DNA of 63,693 nt, the filler included, from Dugesia japonica (taxonomy: Eukaryota): the NCBI GenBank assembly GCA_001938525.1. It is 6 parts of 6 records of this genome, joined end to end, with 100 filler letters (N's around TTAATTAATTAA, not from the genome) between each part and the next. Parts side by side here need not be neighbours in the genome. Positions count along the whole stretch, not along the records: positions 54,951 to 63,693 come from MQRL01523818.1; 5 more parts are not named here. One strand, written 5' to 3'. Numbering within the stretch: the stretch's first letter is position 1; each line of letters opens with the position of its first letter. Positions 59,989-63,693 of this stretch are shown here, piece by piece. The position numbers and the translations under genes are program-made. The notes below the pieces were generated by a model. It did no database searches. It was not told the origin of the DNA and saw nothing but the letters and a program-made list of their open reading frames with translations.

Positions 59989-61723
59989 GTAAATTTACTT
60001 TCTTTTTTTAATCTAATTTAATCTATGGAAAAAAATTGGTTTTTAGGAACCTGAAATAAAATGTTTAAAACAAAGTTTTTAATTAACAATCCATNNNNNN
60101 NNNNNNNNNNNNNNAATTATATTACGGATATTAATAATTAAAATCAGCTTTAGTTGAAGAAAATTATTATAATACCACTCATAAACGCTATTACTAGGTT
60201 GGGTATATTCGATCTTGTAAGTTAAGTGGTGTAAGGTTTTGTTGTGGGGTTTTTTGTTTGGTTATGGATAAATTTTCACATTATTATTTAGTCCATTGCT
60301 TCAATCGCAGAATTTAATGTATCATGTGTAAGTTGCGTAAGAAGTCTTCTGCCTTATTAATTTGATAAAGCCTTCAGCATTAGATCTTCAAAAGGAAACT
60401 CGAAAATCAGCTAAAAAAATTCTTTTTTCAAATCATCAAATGTACTTAATCGTTAGTTAGATTGGGTTGTGAAAATCCCTTACGTATTAATAAGTTATCG
60501 AAAATGATTGAAGTCTTGTTAGTTGATATTCGTCAACAAACAATTTCTGCTGCTTGACATAGGAGTCAAATTATTTAGTAAAAGGTTTATCCGTTTGTTT
60601 TGTTAATGTAAATTGGCATGTTAATCTATTTGTAACGNTTAAGACGGGATTTACGATTGGTTAATTGAAACTAATTTGTCTATTATTATGAACTTAACAA
60701 CTTGATTTGTATAATTAAATTAATAATTAAATTGTATAATGTGCTTTCATATTACATTTGCTAACACATTTTAATATCAAATAATTAATTATTTTTATAT
60801 GCATTTCTGTTACATGTTGTATAGACTCATGTTATTTGTAAGCATTTATCTGTTTTTCCATTATTCATATAATAGAAAAATAAATAAATATTTTTTAGTT
60901 TTTCATCTTTTAATGTTTGGCTATCGAGGCAAATAAACCATTTCTCTTCATCAAGCTCCATTTGAATATAACCATATTTTTTATGTATTCATTCGATTAT
61001 TAGTTTAAAAAAAATATTCTAACTTCTTAAATTTTCTAAATGGAAATTTACTCGATGTTTATTCACAGTCTATAAAAAGAAATTTATTTCTACATCTCAA
61101 TAAGAAATATCGTGCAAAATTTCGTTATATTTAACGTTGCATTTAGTATTATTTAAACAAAAATAATTTTCCATATTTTAAACTAAAGAAATCTAATACA
61201 AATTAGATTACAATTTAAAAATTCTTGATTTATATACTAAACAAAAGTTAAAACATTTTTCTGAAATTAATACAACAAAATATCTTTAATATATATTTTG
61301 TAAATTTAAAAAAAAATTTGAAATTAATTTGAAATTAGTTTTTAAAATTTTTATTTTCTGTAAATATTATTCATAAATTTTAAAGTACCTATTAATCTAG
61401 AGAATATTATATAGTATACTTAATATAATAATACAGACAGACAGATCTTTCTGTAGGAAGTATTTGATAATTATGTGATTAAAGAAAATCATTTAAATTT
61501 TAGTAAATTGTGATTTTTTTATATATATTTTATATAGAATTTTCTATAAAAATTTTTTATTATATAATATATATTAAAAACCTTCAAAATTTTATATACA
61601 CAAAATAAAATTTTTCAAACAATTTTTGATGATCCACAAATAAACGTTGATATTATTTTACGTATTAATTTACAAGTATCATAGTAATTCATACAAATTG
61701 TAATATTATGTAAACGTGTATAT

Positions 61724-61961
61724 CAGGAGTGGCGAAACTACTGCCCGCTTAAGCTTTTTAAAATGCCCTTTAACCAATTTTGAAATAACGCTTAAATACA
61801 TTGTTATACTATTTCTTTGCTCTCAACTTCAAAAATTAATCCAAACATTGACAAAATATTCTCTTGCAGCCAAGTTAAGAAGTCATAAATTGAAATTTTT
61901 GCTCTGATGAGTTTTATTCTAAATTATTTTGCTCCAATCTTAAAAATTCTGGCCACTCCTT
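61724..61961. mobile_element. hAT-type MITE (~240 bp)
   Basis: CAGGAGTGGCGAAA...TTCTGGCCACTCCT inverted ends; weak 8-bp TSD. Confidence 0.55.
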
Positions 61962-62001
61962 TGTAAAGATAAATGTGTGTATTAAGTAAATTCATGTTGA
62001 A

Positions 62002-62492
62002 CAGTAGTTCCCAAACCTTTTCAGCAACGTACAGTTTTTCTTTATCAACCTTAATTAATGCACCATCAATGAACTCAATCGATTTCTTGACTTCCATAGA
62101 AAAACAATAAAAGATTTTCTTTTAAAAATACACATAAAGAAAAAAGATATTTTCTAATATTTTACAATAGAATTTAAAATATTTGGCGGGAAATGTTACA
62201 TAAAGAGAAACCAAAGTCTAAAATATACATAATTAATGTATGTTTTTTACATTTATTCAGATGCTTTTCTTCTAAATTTCAATAAAATCTTTAACAAATT
62301 TTAATATTTTTTTAATTATTCGTTTATTTAAATTAAAGAATATTTATACATATATAACAAAGTAACGGAAAACTATTATTGGGAAGACGATTTTAAAGTT
62401 TACTTGGATAAACGTAGTGTTATTGTTATAATTTTATCCGTCGAATACGTACCACCAAAATATGCTTTATGAGCTAAGTTTGGGAAACCATG
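62002..62492. mobile_element. hAT/Charlie-type MITE (~490 bp)
   Basis: CAGTAGTTCCCAAAC...GTTTGGGAAACCATG; degenerate TSD ATGTTGAA/ATGTAAAG. Confidence 0.7.
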
Positions 62493-63693
62493 ATGTAAAG
62501 TGCATTATACTAACGAGTGTAAATTGAGTTTTTTTNNNNNNNNNNNNNNNNNNNNNNNNNNNNNNNNNNNNNNNNNNNNNNNNNNNNNNNNNNNNNCAAC
62601 TCATTCATAGAAAGAGCCGTCAACAATTAACAATATTTATTCAATAACAATTAAAGTTAAATGTTTGAATTGAATCTCCAATAATTTGCAGTAATAAATA
62701 TCAATTGATTATATCGCTGAAATAAATAAATAACAAATATCTGCATATTTTAATTTGTAATTGATTAAAATTATCTCTTCCAGAAAATATCCAAACGTTT
62801 CGTATTTTTAAATAAATTTGCAATTCCAACGCAAAACCTAATATTTAAACAAATATGATTTTTTTATTATTAATTTCTAAAATTGAAAACTTTAAAATTT
62901 TCAATTACTTATCCTGATAATTATTATGAGACATTTTAAAGTTAAATATGAAGATAATCTGAATATAATTTAAGGTTTACTTTTCTTGTGAAATTTCAAA
63001 TTTCTTTTGAGAACAAACAGAAAAAATGTGGTAGAAAACCAATAATTGCAATTACTTTAAACATAGAAATGTTGAGTAGTAGGACAATGAAGTAGTAGGA
63101 CTAATTATAACTGACCGAAAACATATGCTATATGTTATGTAATTTCAGGAAATGTAAATTAATTTTAAAAACATGTTCACGTCAGATATATATTTTTGTT
63201 TATCGTGCAATTTTAGTTTTATACTGCATGATGTATAGTTTGGTCAATCTCTTTGTAATTTCTTAACATAATTCTGTTAGTTTCGTTTTAATTTGTATTT
63301 TACTTTCAAATATTCTTTGTACGTTTTCTGACACTGTAAACCTTTTGAATTAGATTTTTCCTTTAAAATGTTTATAAGATTCCAATAACGTTCTTCTTTT
63401 TGTGTTTGCATTTGGAAATTTATAACAGAAATAATTGAACAATAGTTCCTGTAAAAGACAAGAGCCAAAATATTGAACAATTCATGAAAATAAAAGAACA
63501 ACAGTTTTGAAAATTAAAATTTTCTTGCTTGTGAAAAATTTTCAATAAATTTTTTTCATTAAAATATTTAAATAGTCTTTTTTTCAAGTTTTTTTTATGT
63601 CGATGAACTATTATTTATATTAAACTGCTTCACAAGGTCTGGTAAGAAAATACTGTTATCAATGTGTCGTTTTTTAGGGAGTTTAGGGAGTTT

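Noticed and set aside
60170-60620. Possible gag-like relic on the minus strand (RRLLTQLTHDTLNSAIEAM)
   Set aside because: Too decayed to support a call.
21702-63693. Ciliary/sensory gene cluster (dynein, otopetrin, FN3 receptor)
   Set aside because: The genes lie on different scaffolds separated by linkers.

Overview
Very AT-rich, gappy metazoan genomic DNA with 43-55 nt GT-AG introns and (AAT)n microsatellites; the overall style suggests a planarian flatworm (inference). The window is not contiguous. Five artificial 100-bp linkers (44N-TTAATTAATTAA-44N) split it into six unlinked scaffolds: A 1-8971, B 9072-21058, C 21159-31922, D 32023-46393, E 46494-54850, F 54951-63693. Host genes: a CPEB2/3/4 (Orb2-type) gene with a long N/Q/S-rich N-terminal region; the 3' half of axonemal dynein DNAH1 convergent with the 3' half of exportin-7; an intronless, divergent otopetrin-like ORF; and FN3-repeat exons. 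The remainder is mostly decayed mobile DNA: five Ty3/Gypsy relics, several Maverick/Polinton relics and termini, an inverted pair of Penelope-like fragments with a decayed minimal hammerhead ribozyme, a Tc1/mariner relic, and hAT, Harbinger and piggyBac-like MITEs or ends. Best candidates for novelty: (1) a TTAA-flanked TIR element that carries a piece of Maverick pPolB; (2) head-to-head Maverick ends and a coding-free Maverick-like family with conserved micro-introns; (3) the non-canonical otopetrin; (4) the hammerhead relics. No intact, clearly new multi-gene system is supported. All assignments come from reading motifs by eye; no database search was run.
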